A stretch of DNA of 64,000 bases from Octopus bimaculoides (Eukaryota), in the NCBI RefSeq assembly GCF_001194135.2, contig NC_068981.1, positions 173,707,644-173,771,643 of the forward strand, given 5' to 3'. Of the stretch, positions 36,791-49,480 are shown piece by piece (the first letter of the stretch is position 1; each line of letters starts with the position of its first letter). The notes beneath the pieces are model-generated. The model was not told where the DNA came from. It saw only the letters and a program-made list of their open reading frames with translations, and searched no databases. The position numbers and the translations under genes are program-made.

Positions 36791-37412
36791 TAATATATGT
36801 GCACCTTTTGAAATTGGTTATTCATGTTGCTTTTTCTCATTCTTTGATTCTCTTTCCTACATTAAAATTTCAAGTTTGTGGGTCCCAATCAAGTGGTTTT
36901 GGATTCAGTCCTACCTTGTGGCACCTTAGGTAACTGTGTAATACTATAAGCCTTGGGCCAACCAAAATCTTGTGAGTGAATAAATCATGAGTTGCATCAG
37001 CACAAGGTCTCTGTTTCAATCTTAAGATGGTAAGACGTGCTTTCAGTGAGATTTGGTTACTCTTGAACAACTGCATAGAGACCTCCCTTGCTGGGTTGAG
37101 TAAATAATTAGATAATTTGATTGAAGTAGAAGCACTAGTCTAGATTTCTTGGAATCACTCTTTAGATAATCTCAAATATATTATTCCATTTCATTATTGT
37201 ATGATTATAGTGCTCTTCAATAAATTCTTTATCATTGTCATTTTGTTTAATGCAAAAAGGATTTTAAAAAATAGACATAGTTTTGCAAGAGTTTGCAAGT
37301 GCTGGCTTGTAATTTGGTCTAGATCTTAGCTGATATTATCAAACAGTAAATGACTTCTGTTTTCCCTATTTTTCAGTTATTTACAGTTTGATTTTTTTTT
37401 TTTTTTTTTCAG

Positions 37413-37529
37413 GGTACTAGCCCCCGCAGTGAGTTGCATGGCCGACCTATGGAACTGTTTATGTGCAGCATCCTAAAACGACAAGGCTATGGAGAGGGCT
37501 TTCGGTGGATGGCCCAATATATTAAATGA
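37413..37529 (+). CDS. SAR1: SAR1 coding exon 6 ([38 protein letters not shown])
   Basis: Poly-T/cag acceptor; TGA at 37527-37529. Sar1 C-terminal signature [14 protein letters not shown]. Total CDS 582 nt = 193 aa. Confidence 0.96.
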   Translation, partial: GTSPRSELHGRPMELFMCSILKRQGYGEGFRWMAQYIK

Positions 37530-39125
37530 CTTGTGTTTACTTTAGTTGGAAGTGGACTTCAAATAATTAGCCTGTGAAAAAAAAAAAGAAAATGACAATT
37601 AAACAGGGATTTTGTTTGACAACAGACTGATTCTAGGTGCATGATTGAAAAAAAATACTATTCACCCTCCATTTCATAACATGACAGACTCTGACACTGA
37701 CAGATTTTCCTGAAATTTCCCTTCTAACTATTTGTTTTAAGTTGCGATGACAACTGGAAATATGCTAATGTTTTGATTGGCTGGTGATGGTTGTCCACTC
37801 ATTTGCCATGTAGTTGTTCTTTTCTAACAAAACATCAGAATTAAATTAAAATTTATAAATTACAATGCTTTTAATGCATTGTTATTTCTCTAACAGAATT
37901 TATGGGATTTTTAAAAAGTTTTTTTTTTAACTAATTAAAGAACTTAGTTTAAAATCTAATTTAGCAAAGTTAATGCACTTTTTTCCTCCTTTTTTCCCTC
38001 ACAATTTTATAATTAATTGTGGCTTCATCTGATGTTAAAAATTTCTATATTTGCTAATATCATAGGTTTTCTTTGAAATACAAATCAATTTCTTACTCAT
38101 TATCTTTGTTATGGGTATTTTTTTTAATTTGAAATTTGGTTATTCCTTCAACCCTTGCATTAATTATTCCAAAGTTGTTTATTTTTCAAATGAATATATA
38201 TTTATGTGTTAATGATTTTTAATCTTAACTTCCAAGAAACTTCTCCGCTGAGATCTGAATTTAAGTTAACATTGAGAACTGTATTGTACTTTCCTCTTTT
38301 TCTAAACAATTCAATTATAAATTTAGCAAATTTCGTTTTGATTAGAGCAATTTCCAATTCTCACATTGCTTATTTTCATTTTGTCGTGTGAAAGTGCCTT
38401 TGCCAAACTGAATTGACTAAGAATGTTGATTATGCTCTGCTCAATGTTTTGACATGCAACATAGCACCTCTTAAAGAAGGTGCATCTGGTTGACAAAACA
38501 ACAATGAATTCGTATCAAGTGTCTTTTGTATGGCTCTTAATTTGTCAAGCAATCCAATGCAAATATCATGTGATCTTCAAAGGAAGAAAGTATCAGTGTA
38601 AATCTCTTGAGCTATTTTCTAGAAACTATTTTTCTTCCTCTTTGAGAACTATGAATTGCTCAAGTGTCTGTTCGGATGTAAATTTATGTAGTTATCTGTA
38701 TTCTTTGATGGATTTAAAGAAAAAAAATTGAGCAAATCTGGATCTTCAGTAATAATTTGTTTTGTGGAAATTAAAGCTATGTTGTGCACATTCTAAGAGA
38801 TTCTAATGAAAAGTCAACAAAGATTCTATTTGACTGCTGGCACAAATACAATGGGAGATTCACTCATTTCTTGAGCGATGTGTGGAAGAAGTTATTTTTG
38901 TTTCAGTAAGTACTAATAGCTAAATCAAACCAATTTAGGCTTCAAGATATATATCTCTACATCTCAGTACATTTGTTTCTTTAATATATGATCTGCATAG
39001 TTACTAATCTTTATTTATTTTTTTTTTTTTTAAACTTTTAGTGTGATTATTTGAGTAAAATTTTAGGATACTATAAAAAAAATTAACTTTCTTTGCGTAA
39101 TAAATCATTTATATATATAATATAT
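37530..39125 (+). other. SAR1: Probable long SAR1 3' UTR ending near AATAAA at 39099-39104
   Basis: U-rich and free of the interspersed repeats seen elsewhere. AATAAA is followed by TG-rich sequence; an alternative AATAAA lies near 39564. Confidence 0.45.
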
Positions 39126-42100
39126 ATGTGAATGGTTATTACAATTGAGATTGAAATGGGATGGTAACATACTCATTTCCTTCCTGAATGCTCATCTAAA
39201 TTTTATAATTTGTTAATTCTTGAAATGTAATTATCTTGAAGTGAGTTTTTCCCCCCCCTTCTTTAAATATTAACTTCGTCTACAGTGTATTTTCCTGCTA
39301 AATGGGGAAAAATTACATTCGAAAGGAATTAAAGTTGATTATTGTTTAAAAATACTTTTTCTTTTCATTTTTTTATCCCCTCTTCTCTCAAACATATCAG
39401 CTTGTGGAAAAGGCATCGTGTTGTGTAGAGACTTTAGAATATTCTTAAAAGTAAATGGCTAAATCTGTGGAACAGTTGACAAAAAAGTCTTGTAATTTAG
39501 TTACAGCCCTATAAGTTCTGCATTCAAATCCTGCCAAGGTGGACTTTCATCTCTTCATGACTCAATAAAATAAATAGCAATCGAGTATTGGGATTGATTA
39601 AATCAACTATACTCTAGTACAAAATTTCTTTCCAAGTTAGAAATCACTATGATTATTAAGTTTTATCAGATTTGTTTAATTTTTGCAGAAGACATTGTTG
39701 GTGGTATAATTGATGCATCCACATAGCTTTATTATTGTTTATTACTGTGGTCAAATAGAGGATTGAATATAGGAATGTAGATGACATGTATTTCTTATAT
39801 CAAGACTACACTTCCAAAACTGTTTTACCTCAATGTTAATACAGTATCACTTTCTGTCTTGATCTTGTATAAAACTATGTTTTATACAACCACTGCAGCT
39901 CAACACGTTTTTTTTTTTTTTTTTTTTTTTTTTTTNNNNNNNNNNCCACTAGAAATCACAAGAAGACTCAAAATTGCTCTTGCACTTCCACTATTTAAGA
40001 ACTTTATTACACTGAACACTAGACTATAGTCATTGCTGACATCTGCCTTGAGGGTTTTTTTAATACATAAACTACTTAAGCTGAACAATACATATTGAGA
40101 TAGAACATATATTCCATACCTGTATTCCTAATGGCTCCAGAAATCCTTATTTTTATCAGCAATTTCTTTTTGATATAACATTTTCTGGTCTTTTTATCAA
40201 AAGGAACCTGATAAGCTTCTTACCTCATTCATTTGGGTCCCAGCAGGTGCAAGTTGAATATATCAAACTCTGAGTTCTCTAAATCTGGAGAGTATGAAAT
40301 ACAAAATTTACTGACACATGTTTCTTTTGTCTACACCAGCTAGTTTATGCAAAAATGACAACTCTGCCCAGTTACTTCCTAAATTTGCCTATCCTTAAAA
40401 TTTCTCTCCTCAAACCCTGATCCCTACGCTATCGCTAATTTTATTGTGTAAACCCTTTTATTATCTTATACTGCCTTTGTTTCAATTTTTAAAGTAATGA
40501 AGAATTTAGTAAAATAGTTATTATTAAGCTTATATTTGGAGAATAAGTTAACATGAAATTTTGAAGGATGGTTATATGACCCAAAACCAAGATGGTATCA
40601 AAAAACCAGAAATTCTCTCAGTTTAATATCAAATAGGTTAAATTAGTGAAGTTATTCCTAGTTCATTGAGAATATGAACAGTTCAAAAATTTCACTTCTT
40701 GGTTGTCCACTTCAAGAACCAGTCTGTCAAAAATCCTGCTTTTGTGAAATTATAATTTACATTGATTACATACCAACAGTTTGAAGAGAAATATACATAT
40801 AAATGTGGCTAAGTTCAAAATTAGGATTTTCATTGATTTGAAAATCCAACTATTATTACTTGGAACTAAAACTTCCTATTAAGGTATTTAATCTGAGAAT
40901 ATTAGGATGTCTGTTAATTATACAAGATAGTAAATAATTTGTTGACAAATGATTTCCTTCCCTACTTTTTCATCAACTATTTAAGTCTTAACTATGAGAT
41001 CTATTTAATCATTTACGTAGATATGCTTATTTTGCAGATAAAAACATTTAAGGATTTCTCATGACAAAATTCAAAAACAAAAATACTCTCATCACCCATG
41101 AATTAATGCTATCAACTTCTCAGATGACCATTTATAATGCAGAATAAAACTGAGTCTTCCTTTAATAAAAACTAATAAATAAAAGATCATTACCCAGAGA
41201 TGTCTGTCCTCATAGCATTAAAGTTTTTAAAACTAGCTTTTGTGTTCTTGGTTTGCTTACTGGATACTGCAGAAGAATTAGTATTTTACAATAACATCAA
41301 TTAAAAAAGCAAAAAAAAGCTGCAGTTTTAATCATGCTGGATACAAATCCTGTAAGTTTTAAGATAAACTAGCATTGCTTTCTTTCAATCTCAGTTCTAA
41401 ACTTTCATTATCCTGGAGATAAAACACTATACCAGGAGAGAATTATTTATAGTTAATACTGTGTTAATGGGTATCCATATTTTTTCTTGCTGCCCTTATT
41501 TTTATATAAAATGTATTTATCTAAATTGTGTTATATGTTACATTTATATTTCTAAATTAAAACCCTTGATATTTGCTTAGATTTGATGAAATATTTACTT
41601 GGAACATTGGTAGTTTCACAATGTCAACTCATCGTCCATGATGATGTGGTAATACTAGTTTTTTAGGTTAGAAAAATGTCCCAAGGAAATATGGTTTGTA
41701 TCAGCAAAAAACTTTACATAATGTAAGATTCTTGAGTATGTTGTGGAGAGAACTAATTTGCCTTTTGCCTACAATATGTTTAAACCGAGATTTCAGTTAC
41801 ATAGTTTAGATTGTTCAGCTATTGTCAAATTGATTTCTTTTCATTGGCAGTTTTAGTAAAATCTTCATTACAATTAATCCTAATATAAACATTCAGCAAC
41901 AGATGTAAAAATGTCATTGTTGAGCCCCAGGTTTTGCTCAACCAAGCAGACCTAAGGCATATTCTCTGTCAGCCATGCATAAAAGTGTGATCTGCAGATC
42001 ATAACAATATTACTAGCAGGCCATATGAACACCTAGCTGTTTGCTCATAATGGTTGGGCTGTTTTTAGTTGTTTAATCTAGTTCAATTTTGATCAAGCAG

Positions 42101-42928
42101 ATACATCAATGTAGTCATTCTGTCTTTTAATATCACTAGAACCAGAAAATATTTCTGTCCTCTCCTTTTAAGACAACGGGGTGTTGCTTCGGAGGAAGGT
42201 TTGGCTGTTATTTCTTGGGCTGTAACGTCATGGTTCCTTCGTTGGTGTATGCTATTTTTTTTTTTATATATATATTTCTTTGGGGTCAGTTTTGTATGAG
42301 CTGATGGACGTTAGGATTAACTAGAGAATTGTGGGAAAACGTGTTGGTGATGTCATGATTGTAAGCATTTGAAAAGGCTGTGATGTTAACAAAGATTAAG
42401 TCTGCATAACCTTTTTATATAGTTCTCTACTCGTGTTCTATGTGTGACGTAAACTATTAAAATACAATCATAAATCGAAGGGAAGTTACTCCTACTGCTA
42501 TCGATTCTTTTATATACTTCATTCAGTGAACTATATATAAGTCTGAATTTCGTGTTCTATTTAACGTATTTGTAAAACAACGTAACCTCCTTTCTTATGT
42601 ACTTTTTAACTGTCAAATTTTCGGTTTCCCCATATCTATCCTTATTTGATTTATTAAACCTTAGTGAGCAATTTAATCGTTCAAACTTACAGAATTGAAG
42701 GAAGCGAAATTTAAAATGAACTTAGTAAACTTCTAACTTACAAGTACATGAAGAAAAATTGTTTTTAGTTGTGTAAATTTGGCACAAAAAATGAAAACGA
42801 TTTTTGTATAGAATTCATATCAAATTTGTGCTGCATTTTCTAGATAAGGTCGATTAGAAAAATGTATGGTTGTACTTTTGAAGTATCTAGATTGGCATGT
42901 ATTAATAATCTATATTTCATACATATAT

Positions 42929-43303
42929 AGGAGTAGCTGTGTGGTAAGTAGCTTGCTTACGAATCACATGGTTCCGGGTTCAGTCCCACTGCGTGGCACC
43001 TTGGGCAAGTGTCTTCTACTATAGCCTCGGGCCGACCAAAGCCTTGTGAGTGTATTTGGTAGACGGAAACTGAAAGAAGCCCGTCGTATATATATGTGTG
43101 TGTGTCTGTGTTTGTCCCTCCAACATCGCTTGACAGCCGATGGTGGTGTGTTTACGTCTCCGTAACTTAGCGGTTCGGCAAAAGTGACCGATAGAATAAG
43201 TACTAGGCTTACAAAGAATAAGTCCTGTGGTCAATTTACTCGACTAAAGCCGGTGCTCCAGCATAGCCACAGTCAAATGACTGAAACAAAAGAGTAAAGA
43301 GAG
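42929..43303 (+). mobile_element. SINE family A, well-preserved reference copy
   Basis: tRNA-like head (tgtgtggtaagtagc ... ggttcagtccc), CORE-like block, (TA)(TG) tract, conserved 3' body. Confidence 0.88.
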
Positions 43304-44183
43304 AGTCGAAGTAATCAAACGTTAAAAACAATTCTTTTTTGTTTAAATATCAGTTACTGTATTGATTTCAAATTAGGAAATCGGAACATGTATTCATGTC
43401 TTAATATGCGAGGAATCATCTGCGTAATCGACGGACCTGCACGAATAGCAGCCAAAACTCCTTCATTACATTCCCTCTTCTTTAAAAAATGGACACTGAA
43501 TAAAATACTCTTAAATACAGTGTCACCCTTTTCTCCAAGCGTTTTGCTTTTTTAGAGGCGTCGACGATTATAGCCTCCATGCCAAAGTCTGAAGGTTCAC
43601 GATTTTTCACGACTAAATAGCAAATGCTTTTCCTGTGAGATTTTGACATTATATTAAAAAGTCATCTTTGATTACTTTCTTAACCGAAACTTTTTAGATG
43701 TAGCTTATGGGCTTTTGGCCAGTCATATCTGAATCATACTGAAGCTATTGTTTGAAAAAAAAAAAAAGCGCTATGTATTAACATATGCTATAGACAGAAG
43801 AACTATTGATTGTCATTGTATGTGTAAGGGACGACCGTGCGAACTCAAAAAGGAGAAATGGTGACGAATGGAAAAACAGAGGACTCCTTTTATTTATGCG
43901 TGTCACACGGTCGAACACAAAATAATATATCTAATGATATATTTGATATGACCAGTAATGAAAGATCACAACCGTATTAGATGAATAACAGAGACATTTA
44001 TTGTAGCGTTAAAGATGTATGTCTGTGTGAGAGTGTGAATGCGACATATAAGAACATAATCAAAGACAGGCCGTCATACAAAGAAAAGTGTGTATGTGAG
44101 TGATACGTGTGTGAGTTATTACAGTAGATGGAAAGAGAGTCAATAACACGTGAGCAATTATACCAGTTCTTTCGTACACTATA

Positions 44184-44810
44184 NNNNNNNNNNNNNNNNN
44201 NNNNNNNNNNNNNNNNNNNNNNNNNNNNNNNNNNNNNNNNNNNNNNNNNNNNNNNNNNNNNNNNNNNNNNNNNNNNNNNNNNNNNNNNNNNNNNNNNNNN
44301 NNNNNNNNNNNNNNNNNNNNNNNNNNNNNNNNNNNNNNNNNNNNNNNNNNNNNNNNNNNNNNNNNNNNNNNNNNNNNNNNNNNNNNNNNNNNNNNNNNNN
44401 NNNNNNNNNNNNNNNNNNNNNNNNNNNNNNNNNNNNNNNNNNNNNNNNNNNNNNNNNNNNNNNNNNNNNNNNNNNNNNNNNNNNNNNNNNNNNNNNNNNN
44501 NNNNNNNNNNNNNNNNNNNNNNNNNNNNNNNNNNNNNNNNNNNNNNNNNNNNNNNNNNNNNNNNNNNNNNNNNNNNNNNNNNNNNNNNNNNNNNNNNNNN
44601 NNNNNNNNNNNNNNNNNNNNNNNNNNNNNNNNNNNNNNNNNNNNNNNNNNNNNNNNNNNNNNNNNNNNNNNNNNNNNNNNNNNNNNNNNNNNNNNNNNNN
44701 NNNNNNNNNNNNNNNNNNNNNNNNNNNNNNNNNNNNNNNNNNNNNNNNNNNNNNNNNNNNNNNNNNNNNNNNNNNNNNNNNNNNNNNNNNNNNNNNNNNN
44801 NNNNNNNNNN
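44184..44810. other. Assembly gap (N-run); other gaps at 36446-36489, 39936-39944, 46200-46209, 57593-58260, 62926-63636
   Basis: Runs of n; all long X-containing ORFs are artefacts of these gaps. Confidence 0.99.
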
Positions 44811-44919
44811 TGGTACACGGAACAGTCCTCAATGAGAAACTGGACCGAGACAAATTTGGTGGGTATGAGTTGATCTATTTATAGCGTATTATCGGCTCAC
44901 CAGACATCAGAAATATACT

Positions 44920-45020
44920 CTATCACGTGACCTTATTAAGGGCTGTGATTGGTCAGTTTGCGTTCTGGCGGGAACGGTTCGAAGTTGCCGCTTCGAATAT
45001 TAATCAGTCACGTGATGACA
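44920..45020. promoter_or_regulatory. Promoter-like module: inverted E-box pair around a CCAAT box
   Basis: TCACGTGAC at 44923-44931, ATTGG at 44948-44952, GTCACGTGA at 45007-45015; CpG-rich. Confidence 0.5.
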
Positions 45021-45681
45021 AGGAATGGGTTCTCTGCTACGCCCGTGTTTATTTATATTTAAATGAGAAGAATGGCGATAGTAGTTTTGTATCTAATGGT
45101 GGTAGGTAGTTTTGTATGTAATGGCGATCGAGGTGTTAGAGACGATAGGTAGTTTCACTACATATGTATCAAATACTCTTAAACAATTTCAGAAACCATT
45201 GCCACGGAGTTTTTAGTGGTTGAGTTATTGGGTTATTGATAATGATGGACAACGTTAACAATTAACAGAAACTATTCGCTGCACAAAGAATTTTCCATAT
45301 TGGTCTGTGAATGAAAAATACAAATAATAATTTATATACAAAGGAATAGATACACTCTGCAGTTATGACGATAGCTGATTAGTGTAGCTCCGAGACTACA
45401 TTGTCAGGATTGGATAAAAATTATGCTAAATTTATGAAGGCAAATCTGTCGCTGCCAGCTATTCGGCTGAAATTAGTTATTAAAACTATCAGTATTCTGT
45501 ATATGTGAACGGCTGGAGGATGAAAATATGAGTGCAAAATTAGGAAAACGACTGTTTTTCCTTCTATATCTGCAAAGAGTAGTGGATAACATGAGAATTG
45601 AGCTGCCACCGCAAAAGGATCGACATTCTCTGACGAGAGTTGCGGCGCATCTCATCCGGCCGCGAAATTTTTTTCCCCACG

Positions 45682-45727
45682 AGAGTTCCGGACCCTAGTA
45701 ATGAACTCATTTGCATACAGTCCAACA
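45682..45727 (-). promoter_or_regulatory. Octamer-containing module, left copy
   Basis: gagttccggaccctagtaatgaactcATTTGCATacagtccaac, inverted relative to 46822-46872. Confidence 0.55.
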
Positions 45728-45762
45728 AAACATTCGTGAATGTGTTAAAAACAACCCATCTC

Positions 45763-46501
45763 GGATCTTTTCCTTTTGATCGGCAGATCGATAAATTAAT
45801 TTTTTTTAACTAAATACTTTCAAACTTCGGATACTGGTGGAATGTGTCATATAGAACATCTGTTACTCTAAGCGCTGTTGAGAAAAGTTTCTATTTACGA
45901 AGTTATTTCATGTCAAAATTGTCGTATTTGGGTGATTTCAACCAATCAATGACGTCTATTGAGCTGAATAAAGTTACTGCTGTTGTTTGTCAACAACAAC
46001 TTCTGCCGGTGTATCCCCTCCCACCCCCCACTTTCTCGCAAATTATTGTTTGTTTATTTTTTAAAAAATGTTGCCAAAAACCGAGCTTTTCGGATACGGA
46101 GGTTCCGGAAAATTGTCAAGTATCGGAATTTTGAAATTTTTTGCACCTCCCTTACTCCTCCCCCTCCAATTTCTTCATTTTTCACTTTTTTCCGTAACCN
46201 NNNNNNNNNTATAAACGCACGAACGATGTCATAAATAACAGTGACAAACGAAATATACACCGCCGATAGTTGTTGTTGACAAACAACAGCAGTAATTTTA
46301 TTCAGCTGAATACACGTCATTGATTGGTTGAAATTACCGAAAACGACAACTTTAACACGAAATAACTTCGTAAATAGAAACTTTTCTCAACGGCGCTAAG
46401 AGTAGAAGATGTTCTATATGATACATTCTACCAGTATCCGAAGTTTGAAAGTGTTTAGTAAAAAAAAAAATAATAATTTATCGATCAAAAGGAAAAGATC
46501 C
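45763..46501. mobile_element. Non-autonomous DNA transposon with ~250-bp TIRs (MULE/Merlin/hAT-like) and 8-bp TSD
   Basis: Arms ~45763-46013 and ~46254-46501 are inverted; ends GGATCTTTTCC...GGAAAAGATCC; flanks CCCATCTC / CCAATCTC. Confidence 0.8.
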
Positions 46502-46821
46502 CCAATCTCTTGGTAAAACGCACTCTACCAAGTAAACTTAAGACAAAGAACGGTGTTGTAAGTCGACCGATCGCCAAGTTATGCCTGATTTTAGGAGACA
46601 AGTAATTAAATAGATTTGCATCTATACTTATCGGATTTTGTTAGGGCCCCATATGGTAAAGATGTGGATGGGGAAAATAACTACGCAGAGGCAGCCATGG
46701 TTGAAACAAGAACAAGCATTATTAAAAGAGAAAAGAAGCATGGTCATTCCTTGCTTAAGTGACCTTATCTTATCGCCCATCACTTGTTATGCGCTCATAA
46801 ATTAGTTTGATAGTTGAGCTC

Positions 46822-46872
46822 TGATTGGCTGTATGCAAATGAGTTCATAACTAGGGTCTGGAACTCACGTGA
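46822..46872 (+). promoter_or_regulatory. Octamer-containing module, right copy (CCAAT-octamer-E-box)
   Basis: gATTGGctgtATGCAAATgagttcataactagggtctggaactCACGTGAC. Confidence 0.55.
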
Positions 46873-47114
46873 CGGGGGGGGGGAAGAATTGGCCGCCTAC
46901 AACACTCTGCCCAGCATTGTCGCCAAAGGCTCGTCTATTTATAGTCTCGTTAGCAGAGTTCCAGATGATTGCATCACTTGATGGCTCAATGCTGATTGGT
47001 CAGTTAATCGGCCGAGCACGTAAAATGGTTGCTATTAAGACGTGAGTCTCATTCGACAATTCAGTTTCGAATCAGCTACGTTATTTAATAGTTGATATTA
47101 TTATCAACAAAAGT

Positions 47115-47335
47115 AGCGAGCTGGCAGAATCGTTTACACGCCGGACAAAGTGCTAAGCGTCATTTTCGTCCGTCTTTGCATTCTGAGTTCAAATTCCGCC
47201 AAAGTTGACTTGGCCTTTCATCCTTTCGGGGTCGATAACATAAGTACCAGTTGAGCACTGGGCCAATGTAGTCGACTTATCCTCTTCCCCGAATTTGCTG
47301 GCCTTGTACCAACAGAAAAACGTTCTCTCAGCTTC
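47115..47335 (+). mobile_element. SINE family B copy
   Basis: agcgagctggcagaatcgtttacacgccgg head; gagttcaaattccgcc; gtaccagttgagcactgg. Confidence 0.85.
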
Positions 47336-49339
47336 AGTATTTATCAAAAATCTTATTTTATTTTATTTATTTATTTTTGTCATATCGAAGCCAAAAAAAA
47401 TTAGTCTACGGATCGGAACTCGTACATCTTTTCGAAGTTTGCGATTCCAGGTTCATTTGACAAGTGTTTGTTACTACAGTCTCGAGTCAATGAAATTTTG
47501 TGAATGAAACTTGGTAAATGGGGCTGTTAAAGCCTGCTGGAGAGACTGTTCTGTTTCGGGAATTGTTGACTTAATCCGGCGTCCGGTTTAACCTCATCAA
47601 CAGGTCCATTAGTGCGGAGTCCACTCTATTAGAACTATTCAAGCCAGAACTACGATTTGAAGATGACTTCTTCCCACCAGTCTCGGGGCACAAAAACGTC
47701 TTGGGCGCTAGTTTTCCTGCTTTAACCAAGACATCAAAATATTTATTTAAAGAATTAATAAATAAAAAGCCCATTAGTATTGCAAGTAAAGTAAAATAAC
47801 AACAATTAAAAAGCGAACCGGATTACTAAGTCGATTCACCAGGAATTTATTTCTACAATCCGATGTTCACCATAGCTATGCAACAATATTATAAGAATAT
47901 CGAATCAATATAAGCTGGGTGCTTTTCACTTTATTCACAAACAACATTTTCGGTCACATTTACTCAATATATTTTATAATAGTCATCACTTAATGTATTT
48001 GTTGTGTAATTCCCCAGATCAAACAGATTTATAATATATTGATTGTGTTGCCTAACTCAAACTTATACACTTTTATATTATTTGTCGATTTTTAACACAA
48101 ATGTACTTTTAAAATCAATAACCTCCGAAGCGAATACTATATTGTTTGTGTTTAAAACCGGTCGGCGAAATTAATTTACGCTAATTCTTTTATTAATTTC
48201 AGTCATAAGACAGCGACTCAATGGCTGAATTTAATGTTTTGAGTTCTATTCACACCAGTATTATAAACATTCTTTCGGGGTCGAAAACGATTATTTCCCA
48301 GATTTAGTAAACTCTTCGAGTTGATATGCGATAAGATAGATGCCTCAGAGCATGAATCATGTTACTGATCAAGTCCTTTCCCTGAATAAATCCCCCATGA
48401 AGGAAATGCTCTTAATTTAAACCAACTTAAATTTTCTTTCAAACGGTTTTTAAAAGTCAAATTAGAATACTCAGAGGGTAGAAATTATATTTATATCAAT
48501 CACACGGCATTAGAAAAGTTGCACATCTTGGTATGAAGATAAAAAGGTCGTAAAACAAGATTGGGAGCGAGGATAAAATATTGAAACAAAATACAAAGCC
48601 AGAACAGCGAAAGCCTGTAGATTCAAGCAAAATGATAAGGAAGGATCCAGTGAATCGGGTAGTTTTATTCTGAACAAATCACTAAAGATCGGATGAAGAT
48701 TTAACTCTATAAACCTTTATATGATTAACTTTTATTTATGCAAATAAAGAATTATTAATGTTCTTATGCTTTTTTTTGTTTTTGTTTTTTGGTGGGTGGG
48801 GTTCAAAAGTAGTTCAGTTTTATGATCTTTATGTCAAAGCCGAAAAGTCCTCCCCACGAGCTAAACTTTAGCCCGCCTAGTGAAAATTATTGGCTATACA
48901 GGCGCGCGCAAGACGTAAGACGTAAGCACACAGTATTTGAAGTAAAGTTTATATTTGTTTATATTTGATGGAAAACAGTGCTTTCACACTATTGTTATTC
49001 AGAATTTTACAGACTGCCTAACGAAGGCATTTAAGCCGAAACTTTGAAGTCACTGTCAACCTTTTCCTTGTAAAAATATAACATGATGCTCTACTTAAAG
49101 GCATTGAGTAATCTGTGACGTATCTCGAGCGTGAGCGCCTAAAGCAGCCTTTAAGTTTGCCACCCCCACCGAAGTCAATACAACTTATACGGACTAATGC
49201 AGCAGGCCCAAAAATGCGCCCCATAAAAAGCGTCGCCCGGAGCGAACCGTCACCGCCGTCTCCCTACCCGCCAGCTACACTACTGTTAGTGACTCTTCAA
49301 TTAATGTTTGTTTTTATGTGTGGGGTGAGAGAGAGAGGG

Positions 49340-49480
49340 GGGCGTGATCTAGTGGTTAGTATTGCTCACACGATCGTGAGATCGTAGGTTCGATTCCTGG
49401 ACCAAGTGGTGCCTTATGTTATTGAGCAAAACACACTGCGATCAATTCGACATCTGACATGTGACACACCGTGCACCTGT
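49340..49480 (+). mobile_element. tRNA-derived CORE-type SINE (family C); minus-strand copy at ~55615-55860
   Basis: A box TAGTGGTTAG and B box GGTTCGATTCC, followed by CORE-like ..ttgagcaaaacac. Confidence 0.75.

Noticed and set aside
39945-40220. Possible BEL/Pao or Tc1 protein remnant on the minus strand
   Set aside because: Too decayed; motifs could not be assigned consistently.
44060-44884. Long ORFs of 224-252 aa (also those at 57551-58285 and 62844-63716)
   Set aside because: They consist mostly of translated N-gap.
49340-49405. tRNA gene
   Set aside because: A and B boxes are present but there is no complete cloverleaf, and it runs into a CORE-like SINE body; the same holds for the other tRNA-like heads.
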